DNA of 64,000 bases, from NCBI RefSeq assembly GCF_000315625.1, contig NW_005434544.1, forward strand, positions 65,820 through 129,819, in the 5' to 3' direction. This stretch comes from Guillardia theta CCMP2712. Taxonomy: Eukaryota; Protista; Cryptophyta. The position numbers were made by a program, and so were the translations under genes. A model generated the notes under the pieces. The model was given only the letters and a program-made list of their open reading frames with translations. It was not told the origin of the DNA and did not search any database. The number at the start of each line of letters is the position of its first letter. The first letter of the stretch is position 1. Positions 62,422 through 64,000 of the stretch are shown piece after piece.

Positions 62422-64000
62422 ATGTCTTCCCAGCAGGGGAAAAAGGCCAAAGGAGCAACTCAACCTGGCATCCTCTACGAATTCCCGTGGGAGTTCATGG
62501 GATCCTACAAGTACCTCCTCTTCCTCCCGTTCCTGTACGTGGTGTGCAGCGGGCAGGACGATGCGGACAACTGGTGCTATCACATGCTGGTGATTGCAGG
62601 CCTCCGTTATGCCCAGGTCAGCCTAGCTCGTGAACAAAGACTCCTCTCCTCCTCTCCTCCTCTCCTCCTGCATCTTTTCCTGCAGCTTTTCCTGCTCCCT
62701 CTCGTTCTGCTTCTCCTCCCCCTGCTCCTGCATGCTTCCTCTCCACTCCCTCGTCTCCGTGTGCTAACTTCTATGCTTGCTCCTCCGTTTCCCTTGCGCG
62801 TTCTTCCTCTCCCTTCCTCCTTCTTCTGACTTGTTTCTGGCGCAGTCGTGGGTTTGGAANNNNNNNNNNNNNNNNNNNNNNNNNNNNNNNNNNNNNNNNN
62901 NNNNNNNNNNNNNNNNNNNNNNNNNNNNNNNNNNNNNNNNNNNNNNNNNNNNNNNNNNNNNNNNNNNNNNNNNNNNNNNNNNNNNNNNNNNNNNNNNNNN
63001 NNNNNNNNNNNNNNNNNNNNNNNNNNNNNNNNNNNNNNNNNNNNNNNNNNNNNNNNNNNNNNNNNNNNNNNNNNNNNNNNNNNNNNNNNNNNNNNNNNNN
63101 NNNNNNNNNNNNNNNNNNNNNNNNNNNNNNNNNNNNNNNNNNNNNNNNNNNNNNNNNNNNNNNNNNAAAACTCACCTCGCTCCAAACACTCAACACGATC
63201 ATAAACCCCTCCCCTCACTCCTCTTCCCCTCCCCTCGCTCCAATCCCTCCCCTCGCTCCTCCTCCTCCCCCTCTCTCTCTCTCTTCCTCTCCCCCTCTCT
63301 CTCTCTCTCTCTCTCCCTCTCCCTCTTTCTCTCTCTGCCGTTGTTTTCTCTGACTTGTCCCCTCTCAGTCACTCGCTCTACGCCAAGTATCACTCGCACC
63401 ATCACGCCTCCTTCGTCACAGAGGCAATCTCTGGGTCCGTCCATCCCTTCATGGAGCATCTCATGTACACCGCCAACTTCGCGATCCCGTTGGTCGGAAC
63501 ATGGTGAGCGGAGGAGGAGGAAGACGAGAAGAGGAAGGAGGAGGAAGACGAGGAGAGGAAGGAGGAGGACTTCAGAGAGCAAAAGAATCAGGATGTGCAC
63601 TGGGATGGAGGGAGGGAAGGAAGGATGAGGACGGTTTTCTTTGGTTTGTTGCTGTCCTGAGTGATGTTGGGGATCGTCAGGTTGGCAGGAGGAGCAAGCA
63701 TCTCGATGTTCTACCTCTACCTCCTCGGGTTTGATCTCCTCAACATGATCGGGCATTGCAACTTCGAGTTCTTTCCGGTCTCTTCTCCGCTTCCTCCCCC
63801 TCGCTACCTTCTCCTTCTTCTGCTCCTGCTTCTTCCTCCTTTTCCTCGCCACTCCACGCACACTCTCCTCTGTCCTTGCTTGTTCCTCCTCCCCCTCCTC
63901 CCACTCACTCACTCACTCCTCAGGTATGGCCGTTCCGCGTGTTCCCGTGGCTCAAGTATCTTATCTACACGCCCTCCTTCCACTCCCTCCATCACTCCCG
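62422..64000 (+). CDS. CER1/CER3-like fatty-acid-hydroxylase-superfamily enzyme (alkane/aldehyde decarbonylase type); partial at the window end
   Basis: PGILYEFPWEFMGSYKYLL, LYAKYHSHHHAS...SVHPFMEH, GFDLLNMIGHCNFEF and LKYLIYTPSFHSLHHS. An internal gap spans 62860-63166. Confidence 0.88.

Overview
Gene-dense, intron-rich eukaryotic nuclear DNA from a draft assembly with four N gaps. A cryptophyte alga (Guillardia/Hanusia-like) is my inference from the short GT-AG introns with a TGAC-type branch point, the purine- or pyrimidine-filled introns and the gene content; the sequence alone does not prove it. About 19 protein-coding genes were reconstructed by eye, so exon boundaries and ends are approximate. 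They include a DUF273-type glycosyltransferase, RRP4, an EF-hand + cNMP-binding protein, a MORN + ankyrin protein, a membrane-inserted GNAT, a CUB protein, two TVGYGD cyclic-nucleotide-binding K+ channels (one with a C2 domain), an SPX domain split by a RING-H2 finger, two-domain HAAO, an NT5C3-type nucleotidase, a Cj0069-family ATP-grasp protein, nicalin, an AFG3-type m-AAA protease, a GW2/Sip5-like RING protein and a CER1/CER3-like enzyme. I saw no rRNA, tRNA, CRISPR array or transposase. The most striking unexplained feature is the modular intergenic DNA: GC-rich palindromic-word islands, GGGGT/ACCCC blocks, CCTAGG clusters and AT-rich repeats or foldbacks. One diverged direct repeat appears to be gaining island-type words by micro-duplication.
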